Shown: positions 37,155 to 46,828 of the stretch, piece by piece
How positions within the stretch are numbered: position 1 is the stretch's first letter
Layout of the letters: the number at the start of each line of letters is the position of its first letter
Virus record (IMG/VR): IMGVR_UViG_3300005337_000441
Span: 1 to 64,000 of that record
Strand: one strand, 5' to 3'
DNA: 64,000 nt
Program-made: the position numbers and the translations under genes
Notes under the pieces: generated by a model
The model's database searches: none
What the model saw: only the letters and a program-made list of their open reading frames with translations
Told to the model about the DNA's origin: nothing

Positions 37155-40100
37155 ATGCAAATGCATTTCAACGTCTTTTACCACCAGTACGGTATCAGAC
37201 GAATCGATCACCTGCTGACCCCGAAGCTGCTCACGCTTCAGAGTCTGCCCCGAGATGCGATGGTCCACTACCTCAGTGACGACCCGCAAGCTCCTGACCT
37301 GGATGTCTCCCAGCCCTGGCTGGCGACGTCCAACAAGAACGTGGCTGTGGACTATGCGACACAGCTCACTGACCTGCTGGGCAATCCTCACCCTCACATG
37401 GGGAAGACCGTGCGTGACCTCACGCGCGACTTCCATCAAAGCCACCGCAAGTTCAAGTTCACGCCGGACGGGGTGAACAAGATCGGTGACCAGACGGTGC
37501 TGCAAGTCATGAACTACAGCTACCTGGATGCGATGTACACCTACGCACCGGTGCCCCTCACGCCCTGGTACAAGTTCTGGAACAACAACCGCCTGCTGTT
37601 CGGCACCATTGCCAAGATCGGTCAGAGCAAGTCGAAGAACCACTTCGTCTTTCTGAAGGTGCCTCAACAACTGCCGTCCTACCAGCTGCTCAACCTGTAC
37701 GCTGACAAGGAAGTGGCGCGCGTCACACTGCAGGTCTTCAACTCCTACGCGGATCTCATGATCTTGCAGCTGTGGAAATGGCTGGAAGGCGAGGATCGCG
37801 AGGTGACGGTCTTCGGTGCGCTCACGCAAAGCGACCTGGCCAAGGTGAACATCGTCTTCGTCGTGCCGGACGGCCGCTCGATCGTGATGAACCTGGGCTA
37901 CATGGACAGTTGGATCAAGGGTCATGCCAAGCTCGACGCTCAGAAGAGCCAACAGCAGCAAGACCCCCAGGCGCTCAAGAAGCTTTTCTTGAAGTTCCTG
38001 ATCACGGTGACCGCTGCCATCCCGGAAGCCGAAGTCGCTGAGATCCAAGGCGCCCAAACACCGGAAGACAAGCAAGACCAGACCGAGCTTCAAGCGGAGT
38101 CCGACGAGTACCTGCGTGAACATGACGATGACGCCGAAGACAGCATCGACGATCACGAGTTCGAGGACGCCGCGGATCTGATGTCTGGTCTTGGCAAAAA
38201 CACCAAGACGCTTAAAAAGCGTCCGAATGAAGACGTTGCTCAGCGCCTGCAAGCTCTGGACAAGGACATCGACTCCTCGATGTCTTCCGCAACACTGGAC
38301 CTGGGCGAGAAGCTCAAGACGATCGATCAAGACCTGAAGGTGCTCGACCTGCTCAACAGCCGTCGCCTGAAGGATCGTGGCATCCGTCTGGACAAGGAAG
38401 GCGAGCAAGTGCCGCCGGCCGCTCCGGTGGAAGACATTCCGCTGGAAGTACTGCAGCAGCAGATCTACCAGCCTGTCGACTACGAAGAAGCGCTGCTCAA
38501 GCAGATCAATGAATCGGCGGACTTCGGTCTGCTCTCGGCTGCGGACTTCCGCAGGGCTACAGCTGACGTTCAGAAGTACAAGACGTCGCAAGACCCTTAC
38601 GGGTCAGGCCAGCTCACCGTGCAAGCCATGGTGGTCACGCCTGAGGCGATCAAGCTCAATCCGCAAAAGACCGAGATCACGGTGTCGGACAAGGTCGTGG
38701 ACAAGACGATGGCTCAGTCCTCGCTCATGGCCTTCGATCACGACTATATCAAGAACGTCTACAAGAAAGACATGCTGGGCATGATCAATAACCTGCAAAA
38801 AGCAGGCGTGATCGTGCGCAACCATGAAATCGAACTGGACCACAGCGCGCTGGGCACCTACGAGAACCACACGCTCGAACTCAAGCCGATCGATGGCCAG
38901 CCTTCCAAGCTGAGGTTCCGTCTGCCGCAGGTGCAAACCGATGGCACGTTCGTGGCCAATGGCAACAAGTACGTGATGCGCAAGCAGCGCGTGGATGTAC
39001 CCATTCGCAAGACCAACGCCTACACGGTGGCTTTGACGAGCTACTACGGCAAGACCTTCGTCACGGTCAACCAAAAGCAGGCGAACAATTCGCTGGCTTG
39101 GATCGTGAAGGAACTCAACAAAGCGTCGTTCTCGGACAACCACCCTTACATCACGCGCGTGGCGCCTGCCCAGGTCTTCGACAACAACTTCGAAGCCCCG
39201 TGGATCTACAACGCCCTGGCCAACCACTTCAAGTCGGTGACCACGAAGGACTACACGTTGGTCTTTGACCATCAGGAACGTCTGGGTCTCTTTGAAGAAG
39301 CCAGCGAAGGCGGTGAGAAGCTCGGTCCCTACGATCCGGTGCATGCCGCCAAGATCGAAAACGCGGGTGGTAAGGCGTGGAAGTACCGACTCGTCGGCTA
39401 CAGCAACGCAGGCCTGGGCCACATCGTGGTCGACCGTGCCAACCAGTTCTGGCTGCTCGGTCGTGAAGGCGAGCCTCAGCCGCTGGGCGACATCTACCAA
39501 GTGTTGCAACTGGACGCTCACAAGGCTCCGGTGGACTTCACCGAAGTGCGCATCTTCTCCAAGACGGTGCCTGTCGGTGTGGTGCTCGGTTACACCATCG
39601 GTTTCAAGAACCTCTTGAAGCTGCTGGGTGCCAAGCATGAAGTCGTGGAAGGTCGCCGGCTGCCGGACCTCACACCACACCAGTACGTCATTTCCTTCAA
39701 GAACGAGAAGTACATTCTCGATCGCCGTCAACGCACCGCCTCCATGATCCTTTCGGGGTATCTGGACTACGAACGCCAACTGCGCTCGTACGACGCGGCG
39801 GAGTTCGACAAGAAGGACGTCTACCTGAACCTGCTGGCCTCCAAGGGCCTGGGGTCTTTGTACATCCGTGAGCTTGAACTCACCAACCAGCTCTTTGTCG
39901 ACCAGATCACTCTGTCGATCCTGCAGCAAATGAACGAGCCTTCGACGTTCCACGGTCTGCTGATCCGTGCAACGCAGATGCTGGAGACCTACCACCATCC
40001 GGACTCGCAGGACATGAAGTCCATGCGCATCCGCGGCTACGAACGTTTCCCTGGTGCGGTCTACAAAGAACTCACGGCGCAAATCCGTCAGTTCAAGAAC

Positions 40101-41615
40101 CGCAACATCGCGGGCAAGTCCCGTGTGGAAATGAGTCCGTACCAGATCTGGCAGACGGTGATGAAGGATCCGGCCATCAAGCTGGTGGAAGACATCAACC
40201 CGATCCAGAATCTGAAGGAAGCCGAAATCATCACGTACGTGGGTACGGGTGGCCGCTCCAAGGACTCAATCAACAAAGAAAACCGTGCGTTCCATCCGAA
40301 CGACATGGGCATCGTCTCTGAAGCCACGGTGGACAGCTCGGACGTGGGTATCAATGCCTACCTCTCTGCGAACCCCAACTTTGCCGACATGCGCGGCATC
40401 GCGCTGCCGGACAAGAACTTCAACCCTGCGAACCTGATCTCCACCAGTGCACTGCTGGCGGTGGGCGCCAACCACGACGACCCCAAGCGCGTGAACTTCG
40501 TGTCGATCCAGCAATCGCACACCATCGCCGCTCACGGCTATCACCAGCCCGTCGTGCGCACCGGTTACGAATACGTGATCGGTAACCGTACCACGGACAT
40601 GTTTGCCTACTTCGCCAAGGACGACGGCAAGGTGGTGAGCGTGGACGACAACGGCGTGATCATCGAGTACGCGGACGGCACCAAGAAGGGTGTGACGCTC
40701 GGCCGTGTCTACGGCAAGGCCGAAGGCAGCGTCTATCCGCACGACATCGTCTGTCCCCTGAAGGTGAACGCGAAGTTCAAGAAGGGTGACACGATCGCTT
40801 ACAACACGGGTTTCTTCGAGCCAGACTTCCTCGACCGCAGCAAGGTCGTGATGAAGAACTCCATGGTCGTGAAGGTGGCACTCCTGGAGTCCAGCAACAC
40901 GCACGAAGACGCCTCCGCCATCAGCAAGAGCGTGGGCCAACGCTTGAGTGCTCGTACCACCAAGGTGCGTTCGTTCACCGTGGACTTCAAGCAACGTCTG
41001 AACGATGTCGTGAAGGTCGGCGATTCCGTCGGTCCCAAGGACATCCTGATGGTGATCGAAGACGAGATCACGTCCAACACCAACATCTTCGACCAGCAGT
41101 CGCTGGAAGTGCTGAAGAACTTCTCCAAGCAAGCCCCCAAGGCCAACTACCTCGGGACGATCGACAAGATCGAGGTGTTCTACCACGGCGCCAAGCAAGA
41201 CATGAGCGCTTCGCTCAAGATGCTGGCTGACCGCAGTGATCGCCAGCTCGGTGAGGTTTGCCGCGCTTCCAACAAGCCGGTCATCACCGGTCAAGTCAAC
41301 GACGACTACCGGGTCTCCGGTGTGCCGCTCGCACTCGACAAGGCCGAAGTGAAGATCTACATCACGGTGACCACCACCGCCGGTGTGGGTGACAAGGGCG
41401 TGTTCGCATCACAAATGAAGAGCGTGATCGGTGAGGTGATGGACTACAAGGTTCACACCGAAGAAGGTCAAGAGGTTGAAGCGATGTTCGGTTACCGCTC
41501 CATCGCGGCCCGTATCGTGGAAAGCCCTGTGATCATCGGCACCACCACGACTCTGTTGAAAGTGATCGCCAAAAAGGCGGTCGACATCTACCGAGGATCT
41601 GTGCAAAAAGCCTAG
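37155..41615 (+). CDS. rpoB: Virion RNA polymerase beta subunit, large part (phiKZ gp178-like, 1486 aa)
   Basis: YVMRKQRVDVPIRK, TYVGTGGRS, DDPKRVNFVSIQQSH, GVGDKGVFASQMKSVI beta-family motifs. Confidence 0.9.
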   Translation: MQMHFNVFYHQYGIRRIDHLLTPKLLTLQSLPRDAMVHYLSDDPQAPDLDVSQPWLATSNKNVAVDYATQLTDLLGNPHPHMGKTVRDLTRDFHQSHRKFKFTPDGVNKIGDQTVLQVMNYSYLDAMYTYAPVPLTPWYKFWNNNRLLFGTIAKIGQSKSKNHFVFLKVPQQLPSYQLLNLYADKEVARVTLQVFNSYADLMILQLWKWLEGEDREVTVFGALTQSDLAKVNIVFVVPDGRSIVMNLGYMDSWIKGHAKLDAQKSQQQQDPQALKKLFLKFLITVTAAIPEAEVAEIQGAQTPEDKQDQTELQAESDEYLREHDDDAEDSIDDHEFEDAADLMSGLGKNTKTLKKRPNEDVAQRLQALDKDIDSSMSSATLDLGEKLKTIDQDLKVLDLLNSRRLKDRGIRLDKEGEQVPPAAPVEDIPLEVLQQQIYQPVDYEEALLKQINESADFGLLSAADFRRATADVQKYKTSQDPYGSGQLTVQAMVVTPEAIKLNPQKTEITVSDKVVDKTMAQSSLMAFDHDYIKNVYKKDMLGMINNLQKAGVIVRNHEIELDHSALGTYENHTLELKPIDGQPSKLRFRLPQVQTDGTFVANGNKYVMRKQRVDVPIRKTNAYTVALTSYYGKTFVTVNQKQANNSLAWIVKELNKASFSDNHPYITRVAPAQVFDNNFEAPWIYNALANHFKSVTTKDYTLVFDHQERLGLFEEASEGGEKLGPYDPVHAAKIENAGGKAWKYRLVGYSNAGLGHIVVDRANQFWLLGREGEPQPLGDIYQVLQLDAHKAPVDFTEVRIFSKTVPVGVVLGYTIGFKNLLKLLGAKHEVVEGRRLPDLTPHQYVISFKNEKYILDRRQRTASMILSGYLDYERQLRSYDAAEFDKKDVYLNLLASKGLGSLYIRELELTNQLFVDQITLSILQQMNEPSTFHGLLIRATQMLETYHHPDSQDMKSMRIRGYERFPGAVYKELTAQIRQFKNRNIAGKSRVEMSPYQIWQTVMKDPAIKLVEDINPIQNLKEAEIITYVGTGGRSKDSINKENRAFHPNDMGIVSEATVDSSDVGINAYLSANPNFADMRGIALPDKNFNPANLISTSALLAVGANHDDPKRVNFVSIQQSHTIAAHGYHQPVVRTGYEYVIGNRTTDMFAYFAKDDGKVVSVDDNGVIIEYADGTKKGVTLGRVYGKAEGSVYPHDIVCPLKVNAKFKKGDTIAYNTGFFEPDFLDRSKVVMKNSMVVKVALLESSNTHEDASAISKSVGQRLSARTTKVRSFTVDFKQRLNDVVKVGDSVGPKDILMVIEDEITSNTNIFDQQSLEVLKNFSKQAPKANYLGTIDKIEVFYHGAKQDMSASLKMLADRSDRQLGEVCRASNKPVITGQVNDDYRVSGVPLALDKAEVKIYITVTTTAGVGDKGVFASQMKSVIGEVMDYKVHTEEGQEVEAMFGYRSIAARIVESPVIIGTTTTLLKVIAKKAVDIYRGSVQKA

Positions 41616-41629
41616 ATCAAATGAAGGAT

Positions 41630-41660
41630 ACCGTCGGGAGGGAGACTTCCCGACGGTTCT
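41630..41660 (+). terminator. Hairpin after vRNAP beta gene
   Basis: ACCGTCGGGAG...TTCCCGACGGT-TCT; weak U tract. Confidence 0.55.
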
Positions 41661-41734
41661 TGCATGCTTCCCATCTTCACGTCGTGGAGGATGGATTAGA
41701 CCTCTGACCCATCCCCCATTTCCAAGGATTCCAC

Positions 41735-41950
41735 ATGAGTCAAATCACCATCACTTTGGAGCAGCAGAACACGCTCAAGAGCAGCGCAGTTCTGGCCAAT
41801 GCCGGTGAAGTGGCCTGCGCGATCGTCGGCCAGATCGCAGGCAACGACATCTCCACCGCCATCAACGGTGCGAAGGCCACCAACGAGATCGTTCAGTCGC
41901 TGCTGTACTCGCGCATCATCAAGCGCGTTCAGGCGCGCAAGGCCGCCTAA
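41735..41950 (+). CDS. Small hypothetical protein (71 aa)
   Basis: AAGGA RBS; strong codon bias. Confidence 0.65.
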   Translation: MSQITITLEQQNTLKSSAVLANAGEVACAIVGQIAGNDISTAINGAKATNEIVQSLLYSRIIKRVQARKAA

Positions 41951-41980
41951 GGCATCGACCACCAAGACTGGAGCAAAAGA

Positions 41981-43435
41981 ATGATTCGTGGTTCCTCCTT
42001 CATGACCGCAGCAGGTGCTGCTGCGGCTCTCGCTGCCCGCGGCCAAGCCCTGTCGGCACTGCCGAGCACCATGCTCAGCGACCTCGTGGCCAAGTCCGCT
42101 CTGGACGGCGACGCACTGTCCCTCGTCGCCACGGGTGGTGGCGGCGGTGATCCCGTCATGGCCTACGGCGTCATGATCCAACAAGCCACCGACGACCAAG
42201 CCGGCAATCCCAGCGATCACAGCCTGGCCCAAGGTGCCTTCGTCGACCAAATCGCCAAGCTCGTGCAAGGCCATGTTTCCTACGCCAAGTCGGTCGTCAA
42301 GCCGCTGGTGCTGGAACTCGGCGAACGCCTGGGCAAGCGCGCTCAAGAACTCAAGGGTGCTGACCCGGCCGCTGGCGTGGACGTCGTCGTGCAAAACATC
42401 CCTGCGCTGCTCAAGGACACCAGCTTCCTCGACACGCTGAGCTACTACAAGGACAAGCCCGTCATCACCATCAAGGACCGGCTGAACCTGCAACCCAAGA
42501 CCAACGATGAAGTGCGCGCCCTGATGCTGACGGGCCACCAGCGCACGGACGAGATGGTCACGGCCTGGCTGTCGACGCAGGAAGCCAACTTCCCGCTGAA
42601 GGTCTGGTGCACGTTCTTCACGACCGATCAGCAGACCGACTACTGGGGTCAAGAAGACCTGGACTACCTGGACGTCTTCTCCAAGCAAGACGTGCTGCTG
42701 GGCGCCTACCTCGTGGCTCGCCGCATCTACGACGAAGTCCAGGAAAGCTCGCTGCCGCTGTCCACCTACAAGGATCAAGTCCTGCAGGTGCGTGACTACG
42801 CCGGCGCCGTCGTGGTGCTCAGCCTGAAGTCCATCTTCGACCTGATCACGGCCAACATCCTGGTGGTGCATCACTCCAGCCGCGACAAGAAGCTCTGGGT
42901 CAACGGCGAGATCTACAACGACTGGCTGGCCAAGGGTGGCAAGCCCGAGATCCTGCTGGGCATGCTGGTCTCCAACAACGTCGCCAAGAGCGTCTCGCTC
43001 ATCGACGAGGGCAAGGCTGCGCATGAAGCGGCCTGGCAGTCCTACCTGACCTTCAAGGCGGTGGACACCCGCAACAAGTTCTACGACAACTACCGCGTCG
43101 CGGTGCTGTCGGAGTTCACCACGCAACTGGCCGATCAGCACGAGACCGAGCAAGACGTCAACGTGCGCAACACCGATCGTCTCACCAAGACCATCGAAGC
43201 TGCGGGCAACTACCTCAGCACGCTGACGAGCGAAGCACTCAACGACAGCTACGCGCTGGCGCTGAGCCTGGTCGCGCAGATCCGCTTCTGCCACACCTCC
43301 AGCTTCCAAATCCTGTCGGACATCGAGACGGCCTGCAAGGCCAACCCGAACGTCGACGTGCGTGAAGCGGCGCTGCTGGCCGTCATCAACTATCTCGGCG
43401 ACTGGCTGGGCGACCAAGTCACGCTGACTGCCTGA
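41981..43435 (+). CDS. Conserved virion protein (phiKZ gp177 / SPN3US gp243-like)
   Basis: GGAG RBS; size and position between vRNAP beta and protease; H.SYAK.VV.P motif. Confidence 0.65.
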   Translation: MIRGSSFMTAAGAAAALAARGQALSALPSTMLSDLVAKSALDGDALSLVATGGGGGDPVMAYGVMIQQATDDQAGNPSDHSLAQGAFVDQIAKLVQGHVSYAKSVVKPLVLELGERLGKRAQELKGADPAAGVDVVVQNIPALLKDTSFLDTLSYYKDKPVITIKDRLNLQPKTNDEVRALMLTGHQRTDEMVTAWLSTQEANFPLKVWCTFFTTDQQTDYWGQEDLDYLDVFSKQDVLLGAYLVARRIYDEVQESSLPLSTYKDQVLQVRDYAGAVVVLSLKSIFDLITANILVVHHSSRDKKLWVNGEIYNDWLAKGGKPEILLGMLVSNNVAKSVSLIDEGKAAHEAAWQSYLTFKAVDTRNKFYDNYRVAVLSEFTTQLADQHETEQDVNVRNTDRLTKTIEAAGNYLSTLTSEALNDSYALALSLVAQIRFCHTSSFQILSDIETACKANPNVDVREAALLAVINYLGDWLGDQVTLTA

Positions 43436-44154
43436 TGGCCAAGCTCCGCAGGAATGCCGAACTCGTCCTGAGCCAACTCAAAGAGAACTCCGCTGGACAG
43501 ATCATCGCCAAACTGCCTATGGTGATCCAAGTTCCAGTGCGGTTTTCCGAGATCGGCCTGGGCGAGATCGGTATCAATACGTTCACGTACGGGCTCCTGG
43601 CCATCATCCTGGAGTCCGGCGACTACGCAGTCCTCAACGTCAACGCCCTGCTGGAACTGAACCCCTACAAGCTCTCGATCGTCACCATGGACGACGTCGA
43701 TTACCACCAATTCCACTTCGATGCGGGAGACGTGGTGATCAAGACGACGGACTTGGTCAAGCGAGAGGCGTTGCTGTTCAATGTCTTTAACGAGTTCATC
43801 TTTAACGGCAAGGTACCCTGGTACACGGACTACGAAGATCTGGGCAAGCTCTTCGACACGGCCAAGTACCACGCGGGATCCAATGTGGCTCAGAATCCCG
43901 AGGTGATTGAGTTCATTGCATCCATGGTGTCTCGTTCCAAGAACGATCGCACCAAGTACATCCGCAGCGTGGCTCAGAAGCAGAGCGACTTCACGTTGAA
44001 CGACATCGACTACGTGCCTCTGAAGAGCGTTTACTGGTCGGTTACGAGTACGGTGAACAAACTCACCGGTAGCCATTTCGCCGACGGTGTGACGAGTGCG
44101 CTCGTGACGCCGACGACCAAGACTGACAAGATTGAACGCATATTGAGGGCATGA
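43435..44154 (+). CDS. phiKZ gp176 / SPN3US gp244-like protein (candidate fifth vRNAP subunit)
   Basis: Synteny immediately upstream of protease; GKVPWY..YEDL...FDTA..HAG motif. Confidence 0.65.
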   Translation: MAKLRRNAELVLSQLKENSAGQIIAKLPMVIQVPVRFSEIGLGEIGINTFTYGLLAIILESGDYAVLNVNALLELNPYKLSIVTMDDVDYHQFHFDAGDVVIKTTDLVKREALLFNVFNEFIFNGKVPWYTDYEDLGKLFDTAKYHAGSNVAQNPEVIEFIASMVSRSKNDRTKYIRSVAQKQSDFTLNDIDYVPLKSVYWSVTSTVNKLTGSHFADGVTSALVTPTTKTDKIERILRA

Positions 44155-44155
44155 C

Positions 44156-44920
44156 ATGGGAATGATCAAGTTTCAAGCCACCCGACTGGAAGGTACGGGC
44201 AAGGCAGGCGTGTTGCAAGCCGATGCGGACGGGTACTACACCCTGCCCATCGGCGGACTGAACTGTCTCAACAGTGCAGGCAAGTACTACACGCTGCAAG
44301 GCGCGGAGGAACTCTTCAAGGAGTCCTCCACGTTCATGCGGCGAGTGAAAAACGGATGTCTCAAGGGCGAAGTGGGTCACCCCAAGCGCGACCCCAAGAT
44401 GTCCGACGACGACTTCGTGGCGCGGTTGCTCACCATCGATGAGACCAACATCTGCTGCCACATCTCCGAGATCTGGCTGGACCATGAGTTCGGTGCCAAG
44501 AACCCGGAGTTCAAGAACCCGGCGCTCGTGGCCATCATGGCCAAGGTCAAGCCTGCCGGTGCCAAGGGCCAGTTCCTGAAGGAAGCCTTCGAGAACAAGA
44601 ACGAGAACGTCTGCTTCTCGATCCGCTCGTTCACGAACGACTACTACCAGCGTGGCCAGTGCTTCCGAGTGCTGGAAACCATCGTGACGTTCGACTACGT
44701 CAACGAAGGCGGCATCGCCAACGCTTCCAAATGGAGCGCTCCGACGCTGGAGGAACTCAACGAGACGGCCGTGACCCACGGTCAACTGCGTCGCTTCCTG
44801 GCTACCGAGTCGATCGGCGCCATGGAAGACAGCAAGAGCATCGCCCTGGAGCTCGTCTCCAATGTCGCGAAGCCCTCGCAGCAGTTCCAGTCTCCCAAGC
44901 CCGGTTACGCCAACTGGTAA
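44156..44920 (+). CDS. Prohead maturation protease (phiKZ gp175-like, peptidase S80)
   Basis: G.LKGEVGHPK, CCHISEIW, VCFSIRSFT, IVTFDYVNEGGI motifs; C-terminal ATE/AME/ALE candidate autocleavage sites. Confidence 0.85.
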   Translation: MGMIKFQATRLEGTGKAGVLQADADGYYTLPIGGLNCLNSAGKYYTLQGAEELFKESSTFMRRVKNGCLKGEVGHPKRDPKMSDDDFVARLLTIDETNICCHISEIWLDHEFGAKNPEFKNPALVAIMAKVKPAGAKGQFLKEAFENKNENVCFSIRSFTNDYYQRGQCFRVLETIVTFDYVNEGGIANASKWSAPTLEELNETAVTHGQLRRFLATESIGAMEDSKSIALELVSNVAKPSQQFQSPKPGYANW

Positions 44921-44935
44921 TGAAAACCGCCATAG

Positions 44936-44980
44936 AGAGCCCGGGGAATAACCCTGGGCTCTTTGTGGTTGTTTTTCTTT
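44936..44980 (+). terminator. Intrinsic terminator ending the vRNAP/protease operon
   Basis: AGAGCCCGGGG-AATA-ACCCTGGGCTCT followed by T-rich tract. Confidence 0.7.
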
Positions 44981-45097
44981 TTATCAGTTATCGATTGGGT
45001 AGGATCATCAGCATCTTACCTCAATTACATTCACAAAAGGGAGTTCCCCCATGATGACCACTGGTGCCATCGCCGACTAAGTCCCGGTAGGTTTTAC

Positions 45098-45622
45098 ATG
45101 AACATCATCTCTCGACTCTTCCTGTTCTATGAGCAGGCTGAACTTCAAAAACATCGCCCCATCGGCGATATCTTCAACTACGAGTCAGACTTTGTGGGCC
45201 CCAAGATGCTCGCAGAGTTCGTGGTTCGCATGAAAGAATACACGGTGGCTTCGCTGCTTTTCCCGCCCAACGGCGTGGACAGCATCCTGACGCTGCCCAG
45301 CGGCAAGTACCGCTCCGGTTTTCACCTCGATCACAAAATCGAGGGCCTCTTCGAGAAGAAGCACTTCATCTTGGTGATGCAGCGCGAAGCATTCATCGAG
45401 ACGGGCAACTACGTTGTGCTCAAGATCTCCGAAGAAGGCGACCGGGTGTACATGTACTACGTCCTGGAAACGCACACCACGCCAGTGCTCTTCACCAACC
45501 TGGAACTCGACCTCCTGGAGACACACTCCGTGATCGTGGAGAAGATGTTCCAGATCGTGCTGGGTGAGATGGAGACGGTGCTCGGCCCTCAGGTCAAGAC
45601 CTTCGCTGTCACGCAGGTGTGA
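45098..45622 (+). CDS. Hypothetical protein (174 aa)
   Basis: Coding-like codon use from ATG 45098. Confidence 0.6.
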   Translation: MNIISRLFLFYEQAELQKHRPIGDIFNYESDFVGPKMLAEFVVRMKEYTVASLLFPPNGVDSILTLPSGKYRSGFHLDHKIEGLFEKKHFILVMQREAFIETGNYVVLKISEEGDRVYMYYVLETHTTPVLFTNLELDLLETHSVIVEKMFQIVLGEMETVLGPQVKTFAVTQV

Positions 45623-45624
45623 TC

Positions 45625-46143
45625 ATGAAGGACATCAAACGGATGTACAAAGACAAGGACGCCTTGGTGAACCTGGTGTACAACCACATGAAAGTGGCTG
45701 GTCCCAAGTCCTTGACGATCCGAACCGATATCCCTCTCGTGAACCAACACCAGCTGTGGAACATCCAGGAGTTCGCTGCGGTCAGAGACTACTACGCGCA
45801 GCTGTACACCGAACTCCAGTCCTACATCGAGAGCGCCTATGGGCGAGGGATCAATCCGGTGACGGATTATCTGTACAAGTCGTTCCTGGACTCTCTGGCG
45901 TCTTCCGACCTCCAGAAGAGCGTGCACCAGCTCCATGCGTTTTACAAACGCACCATGACCGAGCAGAACGCGATCGTGATCGACACGGCCGTGGAGAGGA
46001 ATACCGCCTCAACGCCCACGGACTATTCGGTCGCCGTGAAGCTCTTCGTGCGCATGGTCAGGCTCAGCTCCACCGAGCCTTTGTTGGTAGTACCTTTGGC
46101 CCAGTACCGCTTCAATCTCGAAATCAAGCATCAAAGCAAATAG
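45625..46143 (+). CDS. Hypothetical protein (~172 aa)
   Basis: Starts 2 nt after upstream stop; followed by hairpin AGCAAATAGTCGGGG/CCTCGGCTATTTGCT. Confidence 0.6.
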   Translation: MKDIKRMYKDKDALVNLVYNHMKVAGPKSLTIRTDIPLVNQHQLWNIQEFAAVRDYYAQLYTELQSYIESAYGRGINPVTDYLYKSFLDSLASSDLQKSVHQLHAFYKRTMTEQNAIVIDTAVERNTASTPTDYSVAVKLFVRMVRLSSTEPLLVVPLAQYRFNLEIKHQSK

Positions 46144-46242
46144 TCGGGGACAACCTCGGCTATTTGCTCTTTTGTGCTGTCTCCAATTTTTACTGGAAGT
46201 TACTAATTCCTGTGGTTTGGGTCTGTACACCCAGGAGAACAT

Positions 46243-46728
46243 ATGACCGCACAATACACCCCTAATGGCGGCATCCCGATCGAGATGCTGCACAATCTGC
46301 ACGCCGGCCTGGAGAACATGCTGAGCGGTAATAACCAGGCAACTGTCGCACTGATGTTCACTCGCGAAGAAGCGCTGGGTGAAACCTACGGCAAGTTTGT
46401 TGCAGCGATCCTGAATGAAGCCCAGTCTTTCATCGAGACCCGTTGGCCGCTGTCGATGGACAGGCGCGTGAAGTCGATCACGGAAGCGCTCTCGATCACG
46501 GGTCCCACTCCCGAAGGCGTCTTCCAGTCGGAAACGAAAGTGCTGGGTCTGACCGGCGTTACGGAGAAGCTGACTGGCGGCGTGATGCAGATCAGCTTTG
46601 AAGCGCGCAATCTGGACAAGTCCATCATCTTCAATGTGGTGGCGGAGATGAGCATGAACTTCAGCGGTCACCGTGTGACCACGGGTCAGAACTTCATCCT
46701 CGGCATTCATCATCGTTCCGAAAGTTGA
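46243..46728 (+). CDS. Hypothetical protein (161 aa)
   Basis: AGGAG RBS. Confidence 0.65.
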   Translation: MTAQYTPNGGIPIEMLHNLHAGLENMLSGNNQATVALMFTREEALGETYGKFVAAILNEAQSFIETRWPLSMDRRVKSITEALSITGPTPEGVFQSETKVLGLTGVTEKLTGGVMQISFEARNLDKSIIFNVVAEMSMNFSGHRVTTGQNFILGIHHRSES

Positions 46729-46751
46729 AGGCTCACCTTCAATCGTTTTTT

Positions 46752-46765
46752 GGTCACATATACTT
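46752..46765 (+). promoter_or_regulatory. Candidate phage promoter motif GGTCACATATACTT
   Basis: Exact 14-mer repeated at 61002..61015; both intergenic and upstream of plus-strand non-structural ORFs. Confidence 0.6.
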
Positions 46766-46828
46766 TCCTCGACAGAACTTCTAGATCAATGATTCTAGAT
46801 TCTGATTCACTTCAAGAAAGTGGTCTTT

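Noticed and set aside
37155-41615. Intein in vRNAP beta, UvsX or terminase
   Set aside because: No C/S...HN-C/S/T splice junctions or size excess noticed; lengths fit the phiKZ-like homologues
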